Positions 1-10,389 of a stretch of 40,000 nt of DNA are shown here, in pieces. Numbering within the stretch: position 1 is the stretch's first letter; every line of letters begins with the position of its first letter. This DNA is from Bryobacteraceae bacterium (GTDB taxonomy: Bacteria; Acidobacteriota; Terriglobia; Bryobacterales; Bryobacteraceae), in the NCBI GenBank assembly GCA_036272835.1, contig DATAXY010000025.1, positions 334,155 through 374,154 of the forward strand, read 5' to 3'. The position numbers and the translations under genes are program-made. Below the pieces are notes generated by a model, which saw only the letters and a program-made list of their open reading frames with translations, was not told where the DNA came from and made no database searches.

Positions 1-831
1 GCATCGGCGCAGAGCACCTCCGGAGCTAAGGCGCCTTACGACGTGTCGATCATGCTCTGGACCGTCTACAGGAAACTGCCATTCGAGGAGCGTCTTGAGA
101 AGGTTTCCGAAGCAGGCTATAAAAACGTGGAGCTGGTCGGCGAATACAGGAAGTGGTCCGAAGACGACTTCAAACGCGCCAACGCCAAACGCAAAGAGTT
201 GGGAATTCGCTTCGACACCACGGCGGGTCTGCGGCACGGCGTGGGCAATCCGAACGATCGGGACGCAATGCTTGCCGATGTTCGCAACGAACTGCCCATC
301 ATGGAGAAAATCGAGTGTCCTGCCTGTATCATCATGTCCGGCAATGTCGTTCCAGGAATGCCGCGCGCCACACAGCATCAAAGCTGCATCGACGGTTTGA
401 AGCGGGCCGCCGAGCTAGTGCAGGGCAAGGAGATCAACGGGCAGCCGGTTCGTCTTCTGCTTGAGAATATTGACCCCGAAGAGAATCCGAAATACTATCT
501 GCAGTCCGTAGCCGAAGGATTTGAAATCATTCGCGCTGTTGACCACCCGCAGGTCCGATTCCTCTACGACTTCTATCACGAGCAGATCGCGGAGGGCAAT
601 CTGATCGAGAAACTCGAAAAGAACATCGATTACACCGGTTTGGTCCACATTGCGGACGTGCCGGGCCGCCATGAACCAGGCACTGGCGAAATCGATTACA
701 ACAGCATCTATCGGAAACTGGCGCAGCTCAACTATAACCGCATCGTCGCGATGGAGTTTTACCCCACGGGTGATCCGATCGAGACGCTGCGGCACGCGCG
801 CGAGGTTGCGCTCAACGCCGGCCGCGCGTAG
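1..831 (+). CDS. Xylose-isomerase-like TIM-barrel protein, hydroxypyruvate isomerase (Hyi) family; probably 5'-truncated by the window edge
   Basis: ORF track 43..831. The frame stays open back to base 1, so the true N-terminus (possibly a signal peptide) may lie upstream. Hyi-like motif HIADVPGRHEPGTGEIDY. Confidence 0.65.
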   Translation, partial: ASAQSTSGAKAPYDVSIMLWTVYRKLPFEERLEKVSEAGYKNVELVGEYRKWSEDDFKRANAKRKELGIRFDTTAGLRHGVGNPNDRDAMLADVRNELPIMEKIECPACIIMSGNVVPGMPRATQHQSCIDGLKRAAELVQGKEINGQPVRLLLENIDPEENPKYYLQSVAEGFEIIRAVDHPQVRFLYDFYHEQIAEGNLIEKLEKNIDYTGLVHIADVPGRHEPGTGEIDYNSIYRKLAQLNYNRIVAMEFYPTGDPIETLRHAREVALNAGRA

Positions 832-836
832 CCCGG

Positions 837-1607
837 TTACTCCTTCACCGCCATGACCCGCAATCGCCGGTAATCGGCTATCCATTGCCCATCGCGGTAC
901 AAGGCCGGACGTAGCTCGTCCACCGTTTCCTCCAGAGCCTGCTTACGCTGCTGTGCAGGAAGGCCTTCAAAGTAATACCACTTGAATTGGCGGATCCAGT
1001 TTGCCATGCCGTCCGTGCCTTCTAACGCTGTCGGACGGTCGAAAAGCTGTGCGGTCCGGACTTCCAGGCCGCAACCTTCGAGCAGTGCGGAATACTCCCC
1101 TAGCGCCGGGAAATAGGTCCGCGCCAGAGGAATTGCGCCGGCCGCGTAACGCGCTACCGTGTCTTCAATCGCCGTGACAATCGTCCGAATATTGCGCTTT
1201 CCGCCCAGCTCGGCAACGAACCGGCCGCCGCGCCTCAGCACCCGCGTAATGGCCCGCGCCACGCCCTCGGCGTCCAACATCCAATGGAGCGCCGCGTTTG
1301 AAAATACCGCGTCGAAGGGCTCGTCGAACTCCATGGCCGCTGCGTCTTCCAGGATGAACGAGAGCTCGGGAAAATTCTGCCGGGCCTGGCCGATCATAGC
1401 CGGCGACGAATCAAGGCCCATTACTGCCGCCCCACGCCCGGCAATCGTGTTGGTGAGTTGCCCCGGGCCGCAACCGAGGTCTAGGATCCGCTCTCCAGGT
1501 TTAGGGTCCAGCAGATCCACCAAGCCCGCACCCAACTCCCAAACGAATCCGTGCCGGGCTTCATAGAGTTCGGCATCCCAAGTCAATTTGCCTGCCATAA
1601 CCATCAT
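837..1607 (-). CDS. Class I SAM-dependent methyltransferase (trans-aconitate methyltransferase-like)
   Basis: 256-aa ORF with the SAM-binding motif ILDLGCGPGQLT and a downstream acidic loop, typical of the Methyltransf_11/25 fold. Confidence 0.8.
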   Translation of the reverse strand: MMVMAGKLTWDAELYEARHGFVWELGAGLVDLLDPKPGERILDLGCGPGQLTNTIAGRGAAVMGLDSSPAMIGQARQNFPELSFILEDAAAMEFDEPFDAVFSNAALHWMLDAEGVARAITRVLRRGGRFVAELGGKRNIRTIVTAIEDTVARYAAGAIPLARTYFPALGEYSALLEGCGLEVRTAQLFDRPTALEGTDGMANWIRQFKWYYFEGLPAQQRKQALEETVDELRPALYRDGQWIADYRRLRVMAVKE

Positions 1608-1691
1608 GATGACAGTGAGTACCGTGGCCGGTACTCTAAATTAATTCAAATCTTGGTGTTATTCTGTTGTAGAAGCGAAAGGGGAACTACG

Positions 1692-4253
1692 GTGCTCCAC
1701 GACCTCTTTTACCGATTGAAAGCGCTCGTTCAACGCCAAAAGCTTGAGAGTGAATTAGACGAAGAACTCCGCTTTCATTTAGAGCGCCAGGCGGAGAAGA
1801 ACAAACAGGCTGGAATGCCGCGTGATGAGGCTTTACTCCGTGCCAAAGCTGCGCTTGGAGGAGAGCAAACACGCGAGGCTTGCCGGGACGCGCGCGGTAC
1901 AAGATTGGCGGAGGATCTTCTTCAGGATTCCGGGTATGCCTTTCGGGGCATTTGGCGAAGTAAGGCTTTCTCCGCTCTTATCCTGTTTGTGCTCGCCCTA
2001 GGAATCGGAGTAAACACCGCGGTATTCAGCGTTGTAAATGCGGAGATTATCAAGCCGCTTCCCTTTCATGGTTCATCGAGGCTTCTCGCAGTCTGGGATA
2101 CTTACTTGCCACAGTTCTCAAAAGTGGGCGTGTCCCCCGCGGAACTTCAGGCATGGCAAATGCAGAAAGATCTCTTTCAAGAAACGGCGTGGTATCGCTA
2201 TGTATCGCAGGACGGCGACCTGTCTGTACCTGGTTCGGAGCCGGTCGCAGTGCATGCGGACTTCGTTTCGGCAAGTCTCTTTCCGATGCTGGGAGTCTCA
2301 CCGCTTGCCGGCCGGAGATTCAGCGATACGGAAGATCCATGGTCCGTGCTGATAAGTGAACATCTGTGGCAAAGCCGTTTTGACCGCGACCCGGATGTCG
2401 TAGGAAAAACCGTACGCTTCAACGATCGGCAACTAACAATTGTAGGCGTGATGCCCGCGGTTGGACGGTTTCCGGACTGGGCCGATCTCTGGCTACCGAA
2501 GGGCCCGCTGCTTGGCGATCAGTTGACGAACCCGGTTCGACATGCGCTTGGCTTTATCGCAAGATTGCGACCGGGCGTCGCTCAGAAAGAAGCAGGCACG
2601 CGCTTGATCGCGCTCGCCCGGCAACTGGCCACGGAACATCCTAAAACCAGCACAGGGTGGGGAATTCGCGTTAGTGGGCTCCAGGATGATCTGACCGAAA
2701 ACGTGCGCCCGGCTCTGCTGGTATTATTCTGTGCCGCGTCATTCCTACTTCTGATTGGATGCGCCAATATTGCGAGCCTTTTGTTATCCCGAGCTTCCGC
2801 CAGAGCGAAAGAAATGGCCGTGCGCGTAGCGGTAGGGGCCACTGGCTCACGCATTCTACGTCAGCTTCTGACAGAGAGCCTGGTGCTCGCTTTAATCGGA
2901 GGAGCCGCCGGTCTGGTTGTGACGAAAGCAATACTGGCGTTAGCGCTTCCGGCCCACCCACACCTCGACCCAACCGTCATCCTGTTCTTGCTGACTACAT
3001 CATTGGCAACGGGCATCTTTTTCGGGCTTGCCCCAGCAACTCAGTCGCTTGCCATCGATACTCAGTCGGCCATGAAGTCTGGCGCCATGACGAACAGCGG
3101 CATGAATACACGCTCAGCGCTCGTGGTTTTTGAGATTGCCTTAACGATGATGCTCGTAATAGGGGCCGGAATCTTGACGAAGAGCTTTCTCCGCCTAATG
3201 AAGACGGACCCTGGATTCAACTCGAGAGGCGTTCTCACCGTGCGCGTTCTCGCGCCGCCTTCTCAGAAACCGGAACTCTTGTTCCATCGCATACAGGAAA
3301 AGCTTTTGTCCGTACCAGGCGTTGAGGATGCCGCAGTGACCAATGCGCTCCCGCTGATCGCGGATCGGGCGAATACGTCGCGTTTCAATATCCCGGGCAG
3401 CCCGCTCATCGATCCAAACGCCCTCCCCGGCGCGCAAATAAGAACGGCCAGCCCCGATTACTTTTCTGCAATGCAGATTTCCTTAAAGGCGGGCCGTACA
3501 TTCACCGAACGCGATTTGAACCAGCCCGTAGTGATTATCAACGAGACAATGGCGAAGCGCTTTTGGCCGCGAAGAAATCCTGTCGGTCTGAAGTTCATCA
3601 ACGGCCCATGGGGACCTAATCCAACCTGGGCCACAGTTGTGGGTGTAGTGGCCAATGTCAAGCAATTTGGTTTAGACTCCGAACCTAGCTTCGATCTTTA
3701 TTATCCAAGTCTCACGGGGCAATATCTGATCGTCAAGACAAGCCGCGACCCACTGGAGCTGAAGGGCGTCGTGCAGAAAACGATTCGTTCGGTCGATGCG
3801 GAATTGGCCTTTTCCGATATACGATCTATGGATGAAATCGCCCGGATATCCGCGCTTACAAGACGTTGGACTATGGGCCTTTTGGTCGCCTTCTCAAGTA
3901 TCGCTTTGGTGCTCGCTCTCGTGGGAATATTTGGCGTAATGTCGTGGTCGGTGGCACAACGAACACGGGAGATCGGTATCCGAATGGCACTCGGTGCGCA
4001 GCCGGGCAAAATGCTTTTACTTTTCGTTCGTTATGGACTCAAGCTCGCGCTGTCTGGACTGGGCTGCGGAATCTTAGGCTCGTTTGCCCTTCGACGTACT
4101 CTCGCTAACCTTGTCTACGGCGTCAGCACAGGAGATCCGGCCATATACGCTTTGGTCTCGGCGCTGATATTGGCAAGCGCGCTTGCAGCCTGTTATATTC
4201 CCGCCCGCAGAGCGGCAAAGGTAGATCCTCTGATTTCGCTACGGTGCGAATGA
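1692..4253 (+). CDS. ADOP-family (acidobacterial duplicated orphan permease) MacB/FtsX-like ABC transporter permease
   Basis: ORF track 1551..4253. Start moved to the in-frame GTG at 1692 (preceded by GAAAGGGGA), which removes the 5' overlap with the divergent methyltransferase. Characteristic N-terminus (LRFHLERQAE..AGMPRDEA..) and two FtsX-type membrane modules. Confidence 0.85.
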   Translation: MLHDLFYRLKALVQRQKLESELDEELRFHLERQAEKNKQAGMPRDEALLRAKAALGGEQTREACRDARGTRLAEDLLQDSGYAFRGIWRSKAFSALILFVLALGIGVNTAVFSVVNAEIIKPLPFHGSSRLLAVWDTYLPQFSKVGVSPAELQAWQMQKDLFQETAWYRYVSQDGDLSVPGSEPVAVHADFVSASLFPMLGVSPLAGRRFSDTEDPWSVLISEHLWQSRFDRDPDVVGKTVRFNDRQLTIVGVMPAVGRFPDWADLWLPKGPLLGDQLTNPVRHALGFIARLRPGVAQKEAGTRLIALARQLATEHPKTSTGWGIRVSGLQDDLTENVRPALLVLFCAASFLLLIGCANIASLLLSRASARAKEMAVRVAVGATGSRILRQLLTESLVLALIGGAAGLVVTKAILALALPAHPHLDPTVILFLLTTSLATGIFFGLAPATQSLAIDTQSAMKSGAMTNSGMNTRSALVVFEIALTMMLVIGAGILTKSFLRLMKTDPGFNSRGVLTVRVLAPPSQKPELLFHRIQEKLLSVPGVEDAAVTNALPLIADRANTSRFNIPGSPLIDPNALPGAQIRTASPDYFSAMQISLKAGRTFTERDLNQPVVIINETMAKRFWPRRNPVGLKFINGPWGPNPTWATVVGVVANVKQFGLDSEPSFDLYYPSLTGQYLIVKTSRDPLELKGVVQKTIRSVDAELAFSDIRSMDEIARISALTRRWTMGLLVAFSSIALVLALVGIFGVMSWSVAQRTREIGIRMALGAQPGKMLLLFVRYGLKLALSGLGCGILGSFALRRTLANLVYGVSTGDPAIYALVSALILASALAACYIPARRAAKVDPLISLRCE

Positions 4254-4264
4254 GGGCACGCTTC

Positions 4265-4990
4265 CTAAAGATACTGCTTGACCATTTCCCTCCAGCATCG
4301 CGCCCGATGGGCTTCGCCCGGCCAGATTGCCAGATGATTGCCTACACCCTTGCGCCAGAGGGCCTCACTCAGTAGCTCCGTGCTCCCACGAAACGGATCG
4401 TCTTCTCCCACCGTGAGTACGATGTCCATTCGGCGCATCAGACTCAAGACCGATTCGTCCGTCAAGCCCGGAACAAAGTGGTTCGGGGTATTGAAGTACA
4501 GTTCATCGCTGTAATAGCCATCGAAGAGATTTGGGAAAATGCCTGCCGATTGCGTGAGATCGTACCGGCCGCTCAAGGCAACGATGCGTTGAAACAACTC
4601 GGGACGACGCAGCGCGATGTTCGTTGCGTGAAATGCGCCAATGCTGCAACCATGCGCAATCAGGAACGGATGGGGATTCCCGCTGGTGAGGGGCAGAACT
4701 TCCTGGAGAACATACTGTTCGTACTGCGAATGGCGAGCCAGGCGGACGCGCGGAGGGCAGTTTCGACAATACAGCGCTTCCGAATCGACACTGTCCAAGC
4801 AATATAACTGGATATTCCCCGCCTCAATCGTCTCCTCCAGGGCGCGCACCAGTCCCCAGTCCTCATAATCGTAGAAACGCCCCTCGCGGGTCGGAAAAAC
4901 AAGCACGCGCGCACCGGCGTGTCCGAATACCAAAAGCTCCATGTCACGGCTTAGCCGTGTGCTGTACCACCTGTGATATTCCCGATTCAC
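4265..4990 (-). CDS. Esterase family protein (alpha/beta hydrolase, putative esterase/esterase D-like)
   Basis: 241-aa ORF. The N-terminus YHRWYS..L.R.MELLVFGHAG and the GCSIGAF nucleophile-elbow-like motif resemble the putative-esterase family. It overlaps the upstream gene by 47 bp; an alternative ATG lies at 4942. Confidence 0.6.
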   Translation of the reverse strand: MNREYHRWYSTRLSRDMELLVFGHAGARVLVFPTREGRFYDYEDWGLVRALEETIEAGNIQLYCLDSVDSEALYCRNCPPRVRLARHSQYEQYVLQEVLPLTSGNPHPFLIAHGCSIGAFHATNIALRRPELFQRIVALSGRYDLTQSAGIFPNLFDGYYSDELYFNTPNHFVPGLTDESVLSLMRRMDIVLTVGEDDPFRGSTELLSEALWRKGVGNHLAIWPGEAHRARCWREMVKQYL

Positions 4991-5675
4991 CTTCTAACGA
5001 AGGTACGCTATTCGTGTGGCTATCCGGTGTCGGTCCAATCAACAAATGCTTGCGATAGGGCCAGATCTGCTGCGTCCAGACACGATAACCAGCCGCGCTT
5101 AGGTGCAAACCGTCTGCAAGATAGAGGTCCGGGCGAGGTGTCCCATCCGCCTGCAACATCGGCGAAAAAACGTCGATGAAATAACCGTTTCCGCGCTCCT
5201 CGATATCGGCGCGAACCAAATCATTGACTTTTCGGATCCGATCGACTATTCCCCTTCGAGCCGGACTGGGCTTCACGGAAATAAAAGCGAACGGCCTTCC
5301 CGGCAGCAGCGCATCGAATTTCGCCATAAAGCTACGGAAGAAGCCGAAGACTTGCTCTGGCGAGCGCCCATCCCCCAGGTCGTTGTCTCCCGCATAAAGA
5401 ACCAGCGAACACGGCCAAAGTGGAACAACTAATCTCGCAAAAAAGTAGGCGCAGGCCTCCAGCGTCGACCCCCCGAAGCCACGATTTACCACGGCATCGG
5501 AGGCAAGATCGGCAGCTAGCGTCTCCCACATGCGGATTGATGAGCTTCCGTAGAAGACCGCCGCATTTCTCGGCAATTCCTTCGCTTCTTTTTCGAGCCC
5601 GCGTACGTCGGACTCGTACCATTCCATCGGCATAGATGTTTCAGATCGGTTAAAGTGTTTCAGTTTGGCCCGCAA
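4944..5675 (-). CDS. SGNH/GDSL hydrolase family protein
   Basis: 243-aa ORF with block I/II/III-like motifs (FYGSSSI, NRGFGGST, YAGDNDL) typical of SGNH hydrolases. Confidence 0.7.
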   Translation of the reverse strand: MRAKLKHFNRSETSMPMEWYESDVRGLEKEAKELPRNAAVFYGSSSIRMWETLAADLASDAVVNRGFGGSTLEACAYFFARLVVPLWPCSLVLYAGDNDLGDGRSPEQVFGFFRSFMAKFDALLPGRPFAFISVKPSPARRGIVDRIRKVNDLVRADIEERGNGYFIDVFSPMLQADGTPRPDLYLADGLHLSAAGYRVWTQQIWPYRKHLLIGPTPDSHTNSVPSLEGESGISQVVQHTAKP

Positions 5676-5686
5676 AAAGGGGCCGG

Positions 5687-6250
5687 CTACCGTAAACTCT
5701 GCACGTCCTGTACCAACTTGTGCATCTCGTCGGCATCGAAGGTCGAGTAGTACCCGCGAATGGTATCACGCTTGTCCACCAAAATGAACTTGGTGCTGTG
5801 ATCCATGACACCGATAAGGTCCCCCACTTTGAAGACATCATGGGCCAGAAGATGTGTTGTTGCATCATTCCCAGTGAGGAAAACCCAGTCTTCCGTGGGA
5901 CCGCCAAAGTGTTTGGCGTAGGCGTTCAGAACGGGTGGCGTATCGCGATGCGGGTCCACTGAAAACGAGACCAGCCGCACGTCGGGATCGTTCTTGACTT
6001 GCAATTGTAGATGGTGCATTTGCGAGGTCATACGCGGGCAGGGACCGGGACAATTGGTGTAAATGAAGTCGGCGACCCACACCTTTCCGGCCAGTTGCTT
6101 ACCATCGAAGCTGCTGCCCTCCGAAGTGGTCATGGTGAACGCTGGAACGTTCTCATAAGCCGGCAATTGACTTCCACGCTTCACGCAGGCCGCACCGGCA
6201 ATTAGAAGGATAAGGATAAAAAGGAGACGAATTTTACCGGCAGCGCTCAC
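5687..6250 (-). CDS. SCO1/SenC family copper chaperone / thiol-disulfide oxidoreductase (lipoprotein-like signal)
   Basis: CPGPC motif within FIYTNCPGPCP and a thioredoxin-like fold pattern. Start set at GTG 6250, giving VSAAGKIRLLFILILLIAGAAC (lipobox-like). It overlaps the ctaB stop as GTGA, consistent with translational coupling. The track's start at 6433 runs inside ctaB. Confidence 0.8.
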   Translation of the reverse strand: MSAAGKIRLLFILILLIAGAACVKRGSQLPAYENVPAFTMTTSEGSSFDGKQLAGKVWVADFIYTNCPGPCPRMTSQMHHLQLQVKNDPDVRLVSFSVDPHRDTPPVLNAYAKHFGGPTEDWVFLTGNDATTHLLAHDVFKVGDLIGVMDHSTKFILVDKRDTIRGYYSTFDADEMHKLVQDVQSLR

Positions 6251-7167
6251 GATTGTGCAGGACTCAATACCATCAGCCCGTACAGCACAGGCAAATAAAC
6301 AACGGACGTCAGTAGCACCCGGCGCGCGCGTAGTCTCGTAGGGTCGAATGATACCCGCACACCGGCGTATAGAAACAAAAGACCCATCAGGAGCGCGCCC
6401 ACGGCATAAAGCAGTCCTGTCATTCCCAGCCAATTTGGCAGCAAGCTAATCGGAATCAGCAGGACGGAGTAAGCCAGGATCTGGCGAGCCGTTGAAACGC
6501 CGTCTGGTTCCACTACCGGCAACATTTGAATGCCGGCTCGGGAGTAGTCTTCGCGGTACATCCAAGCTATCGCATAGAAATGCGGGAATTGCCAGAAGAA
6601 AAGAATGGCGTAAAGCGCCCAAGCCGCCGGAGTCAAGTGATGGCTGGCCGCCGCGTACCCGATCAGCGGAGGCATCGCCCCCGGAAACGCGCCCACTGTG
6701 GTCGACCACCAGGTTTTTTGCTTCAGCGGCGTATACAGAAACAGATACATCGTCAGGGTGAACACGCACAGGCCCGAGGCGAGCCAATTCACCCCAAAAC
6801 CCAGCTCCAGACCACCCGCCACCGCTAAACCGATCCCGAACCAAAGCGCCTTCCTGGGAGACAAGCGTCCCGAGGGCAGGGGCCGCGTTTGCGTCCTCCG
6901 CATTTTGAGGTCCGCATCGCGTTCATACCATTGGTTTAGGGCGGCCGTTCCCGACGCTACCAGTCCCGTGCCGAGCAGCGTGTTCAGGATCGCCCAAATC
7001 GGCCATGCCCCGTGGTGACCGAAGTAATACCCCACCGCCGTGCTCATCAAAATAAGCCACGTGATTCGGGGTTTCGTGAGCTCTAAGTATTCTTTCACTC
7101 TCGGATTCTTGAAGCGGCTGAAATGGGCGTCAAAGACATTTTTAGTGTACTCCTTCTCGCGCCGCAA
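6247..7167 (-). CDS. ctaB: Protoheme IX farnesyltransferase (heme O synthase)
   Basis: 306-aa polytopic UbiA-family ORF. The LELTKPRITWLIL and RDADLKMRRTQTRPLPSG motifs are typical of CyoE/CtaB. Adjacent to sco. Confidence 0.9.
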   Translation of the reverse strand: MRREKEYTKNVFDAHFSRFKNPRVKEYLELTKPRITWLILMSTAVGYYFGHHGAWPIWAILNTLLGTGLVASGTAALNQWYERDADLKMRRTQTRPLPSGRLSPRKALWFGIGLAVAGGLELGFGVNWLASGLCVFTLTMYLFLYTPLKQKTWWSTTVGAFPGAMPPLIGYAAASHHLTPAAWALYAILFFWQFPHFYAIAWMYREDYSRAGIQMLPVVEPDGVSTARQILAYSVLLIPISLLPNWLGMTGLLYAVGALLMGLLFLYAGVRVSFDPTRLRARRVLLTSVVYLPVLYGLMVLSPAQS

Positions 7168-7271
7168 GAATTCTCACCGCGAGAAAAAGTCGTGAATCGC
7201 CGTTTCGACGATGCTCTGTCCACGCTTGTTTCACGAGGTTTTGTTCTAATAAACCTGTATCTCTTACATTT

Positions 7272-8732
7272 ATGGCATCGACAACGACCGTACCCGAAAC
7301 AGTTCCTATTACCGTGGCTCATGGCGACGGTATTGGCCCGGAAATCATGGCCGCCTCGCTCCACATCATCAAGGAGGCAGGCGCTCGAATCGAGACAGAA
7401 AACATTGAGATTGGCGAAAAGGTCTATCTGCGCGGAATCGCCGAGGGCATTGAGCCCAGCGCCTGGGAATCCCTCCGGCGCACCAGGGTGTTCTTCAAGG
7501 CGCCCATTACGACGCCGCAGGGCGGCGGCTTCAAGTCGCTGAACGTTGCCACCCGCAAGACTCTCGGACTCTATGCAAACATCCGGCCTTGCGTCTCCTA
7601 CCATCCTTACGTCAGTACAAAGCACCCTGGAATGGACGTGGTCATCGTCCGCGAGAACGAAGAGGACACCTACGCCGGCATCGAGCACCGCCAGACCGAC
7701 GAAGTGATGCAGTGCCTTAAGTTGATCAGCCGCCCGGGATCGGAAAAGATCGTCCGCTACGCTTTCGAGTATGCTCGCCGGAACAACCGGAAAAAGGTGA
7801 CATGCTTCACCAAAGACAACATCATGAAGTACACCGACGGGCTGTTTCACAAGGTTTTCGATGAGATCGCCGCGGAGTATCCGGAATTCGAAAAGGAGCA
7901 CTGGATCGTGGACATCGGGGCCGCCAAGCTAGCCGATACCCCGGAAGCCTTCGATGTGATCGTGATGCCCAACCTCTACGGCGACATTCTCTCTGACGTC
8001 GCGGCCCAGATTGCCGGCTCCGTAGGGCTAGCGGGCTCCGCTAATATAGGCGCACATGTGGCAATGTTCGAAGCCATTCACGGCTCCGCTCCCCGCCGCG
8101 CCGGCCAGAATCTCGCCAATCCGAGTGGGCTGCTTCACGGCGGATTATTGATGCTCGTTCACATCGGCCAACCCGAAATTGCCGAGCGCATCCACAATGC
8201 CTGGCTGCGCACGCTGGAAGATGGCGTGCATACCTATGACATCTACAAAGAAGGTGTCAGCAAGCAGAAAGTCGGCACACGCGAATTTGCCGAAGCCGTC
8301 GTTGCTCGTCTGGGCCAGAAACCGGAGAAGCTGAAACCAGCCTCATACTCGAAAGGCGAAAATCAAAAGGCGTCTACCCACCTGCACATTACACCGCGGG
8401 CCAAGAAGGAACTGGTCGGAGTAGACGTGTTCTTCCACTGGAACAACCGCAATCCGGTCGAGTTCGGCAAGAAGCTGGAACAGTTCAACGGCGACGGTCT
8501 GAAATTCCGGGCACTGAGCAATCGTGGCGTAAAGGTGTATCCCGATGGCTTCAAGGAGACCTTCTGCACCGACCACTGGCGAGCCTATTTCGGCTCCGAG
8601 ACCAAAGACGCCCCAATAACCCATGGCCAAATTGTCAAGCTCCTGTCGCGTCTCGATGAACACGGACTCGATTTCATTAAGATCGAGAACTTGTATACGT
8701 TTGACGGCCAAAAAGCGTTCCAGGGCGAATAG
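7272..8732 (+). CDS. icd: Isocitrate dehydrogenase (NADP-type, Thermus-like long form with an extra C-terminal domain)
   Basis: 486-aa ORF in the isocitrate/isopropylmalate dehydrogenase family ([22 protein letters not shown]). It has a ~130-aa C-terminal extension (VGVDVFFHW...SNRGVKVYP...) as I recall for the Thermus thermophilus enzyme. Confidence 0.85.
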   Translation: MASTTTVPETVPITVAHGDGIGPEIMAASLHIIKEAGARIETENIEIGEKVYLRGIAEGIEPSAWESLRRTRVFFKAPITTPQGGGFKSLNVATRKTLGLYANIRPCVSYHPYVSTKHPGMDVVIVRENEEDTYAGIEHRQTDEVMQCLKLISRPGSEKIVRYAFEYARRNNRKKVTCFTKDNIMKYTDGLFHKVFDEIAAEYPEFEKEHWIVDIGAAKLADTPEAFDVIVMPNLYGDILSDVAAQIAGSVGLAGSANIGAHVAMFEAIHGSAPRRAGQNLANPSGLLHGGLLMLVHIGQPEIAERIHNAWLRTLEDGVHTYDIYKEGVSKQKVGTREFAEAVVARLGQKPEKLKPASYSKGENQKASTHLHITPRAKKELVGVDVFFHWNNRNPVEFGKKLEQFNGDGLKFRALSNRGVKVYPDGFKETFCTDHWRAYFGSETKDAPITHGQIVKLLSRLDEHGLDFIKIENLYTFDGQKAFQGE

Positions 8733-8746
8733 AGCACAGTCAAGCG

Positions 8747-9253
8747 ATGACCGCTCACCCGCCCATCACCGACCGGCCCATCGTCGGCCTGATCATGGGA
8801 AGCAGATCCGATTGGGAAACGATGCAGCGCACGAGCCATTTGCTGGACTCGCTTGGGATCCCTCACGAGAGCCGCGTTGTCTCCGCCCACCGCACTCCGG
8901 ATTGGATGACGGAATACGCCAAGGGAGCGGCGGAGCGTGGCCTGGAAGTCATCATTGCCGCTGCTGGCGGTGCGGCGCACCTGCCTGGGATGGTCGCGGC
9001 TCACACAGTTCTGCCGGTTCTTGGCGTGCCGATCAAGAGCAGTGTGCTCAACGGTGTCGATTCGCTTCTCTCTATCGTCCAGATGCCTGCTGGAGTTCCC
9101 GTGGGAACTCTCGCCATCGGAGCCGCTGGTGCGACAAACGCCGCTCTGCTTGCCGCGAGCATTCTTTCCGGCAAATATCCCGATCTGCGTCTCCGGCTTC
9201 AATCGTGGCGGCGCGAGCAGACCGAATCGGTCCTGCAGGATAACCTGCTGTGA
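8747..9253 (+). CDS. purE: 5-(carboxyamino)imidazole ribonucleotide mutase
   Basis: 168-aa ORF with [12 protein letters not shown] and SAHRTPD motifs. Confidence 0.95.
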   Translation: MTAHPPITDRPIVGLIMGSRSDWETMQRTSHLLDSLGIPHESRVVSAHRTPDWMTEYAKGAAERGLEVIIAAAGGAAHLPGMVAAHTVLPVLGVPIKSSVLNGVDSLLSIVQMPAGVPVGTLAIGAAGATNAALLAASILSGKYPDLRLRLQSWRREQTESVLQDNLL

Positions 9254-10389
9254 CTGAATCGCCCGTTCTGCCGGGAAGCGCCATAGGAGTGCTGGGCAGT
9301 GGGCAGCTCGGCCGCATGTTCGCTATCGCGGCGCGCCGGATGGGTTATCGCGTCCATACGCTGTCGCCGGATGGGGACACACCCACCGGGCAGGTAGCGG
9401 ATCTCGAAATCCAGGCACCCTATGAAGATCTGGATGCCGTTTCCGCCTTCGCCAGCGGCGTCTCTGTTGTCACCTTCGAATTCGAGAACGTGCCTGCTCC
9501 AACGGCGGTCGCCGCGGCGAAATGTGCGCCCGTTCGACCCAGCGGACACATTCTGCACACCACTCAACATCGCCTGCGCGAGAAGACGTTTCTTGCGCAA
9601 AACGGCTTCCCGCTCACGCCCTTTCGCGCGGTCCGAAGCCTCGTGGACCTGGAGCAGGCCACAGCAGAGCTCGGAATTCCCGCGATCCTCAAGACCGCTG
9701 ACTTCGGCTACGACGGAAAGGGCCAATTCCGCATTCGCTCCTCCGCAGATCTCAAATGCGCCTGGAGCGTCGCCGGAGAACGCGAAGCTGTTCTCGAAGC
9801 CTGGATCGATTATGAACTCGAAATCTCTGTCGTGGCCGCCCGATCCATCAATGGCGAGTTTGTTCCCTTCGGTGCCATTGAGAATCATCATCATAACCAA
9901 ATTCTCGATCTCTCGATTTCTCCGGCCCGCGTCTCGCCGGAGGTTGCCGATAGAGCAATCGAGATCGCCCACGCTGTTCTTGAAAAACTGGAGGTCGTCG
10001 GCGTGCTTTGCGTCGAGTTCTTCGTCTGCCGGGACGGCAAACTGCTGATCAACGAATTGGCGCCGCGCCCGCACAACTCCGGACATCTCACCTTCGACGC
10101 CAACCTCACCAGCCAGTTTGAGCAACAGTTGCGGGCGGTCTGCGGGCTGCCGCTCGGCGATGTTCGCCAATTCGCTCCCGCCGCAATGGCCAACATTCTT
10201 GGCGACCTCTGGTCGAATGGCGAACCTAACTGGACCGCCGCGGCCTCTGTCCCGAACGTCAAAATTCATCTCTATGGCAAGCTGGAGCCGCGGCCGGGCC
10301 GCAAAATGGGGCATTTGACTGCGATAGCCGATACCGCGGCGCAGGCTCTTGCCGATGTCGAACGCGCCCGACGGCTTCTGCTGAATTAG
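9250..10389 (+). CDS. purK: 5-(carboxyamino)imidazole ribonucleotide synthase
   Basis: 379-aa ATP-grasp ORF with a 4-bp overlap with purE. Contains [11 protein letters not shown] and [12 protein letters not shown] motifs. Confidence 0.9.
   Translation: MTESPVLPGSAIGVLGSGQLGRMFAIAARRMGYRVHTLSPDGDTPTGQVADLEIQAPYEDLDAVSAFASGVSVVTFEFENVPAPTAVAAAKCAPVRPSGHILHTTQHRLREKTFLAQNGFPLTPFRAVRSLVDLEQATAELGIPAILKTADFGYDGKGQFRIRSSADLKCAWSVAGEREAVLEAWIDYELEISVVAARSINGEFVPFGAIENHHHNQILDLSISPARVSPEVADRAIEIAHAVLEKLEVVGVLCVEFFVCRDGKLLINELAPRPHNSGHLTFDANLTSQFEQQLRAVCGLPLGDVRQFAPAAMANILGDLWSNGEPNWTAAASVPNVKIHLYGKLEPRPGRKMGHLTAIADTAAQALADVERARRLLLN

Noticed and set aside
1551-1691. 5' extension of the ADOP permease ORF suggested by the ORF track.
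   Set aside because: The extension is non-protein-like (HNHHDDSEY..., CCRSERG) and overlaps the divergent methyltransferase. The family's conserved N-terminus begins at the GTG at 1692.
6251-6433. N-terminal extension of the SCO-family ORF (track start 6433).
   Set aside because: It lies entirely inside the ctaB coding region in another frame. The GTG at 6250 gives a lipoprotein-type signal peptide and a GTGA coupling overlap.
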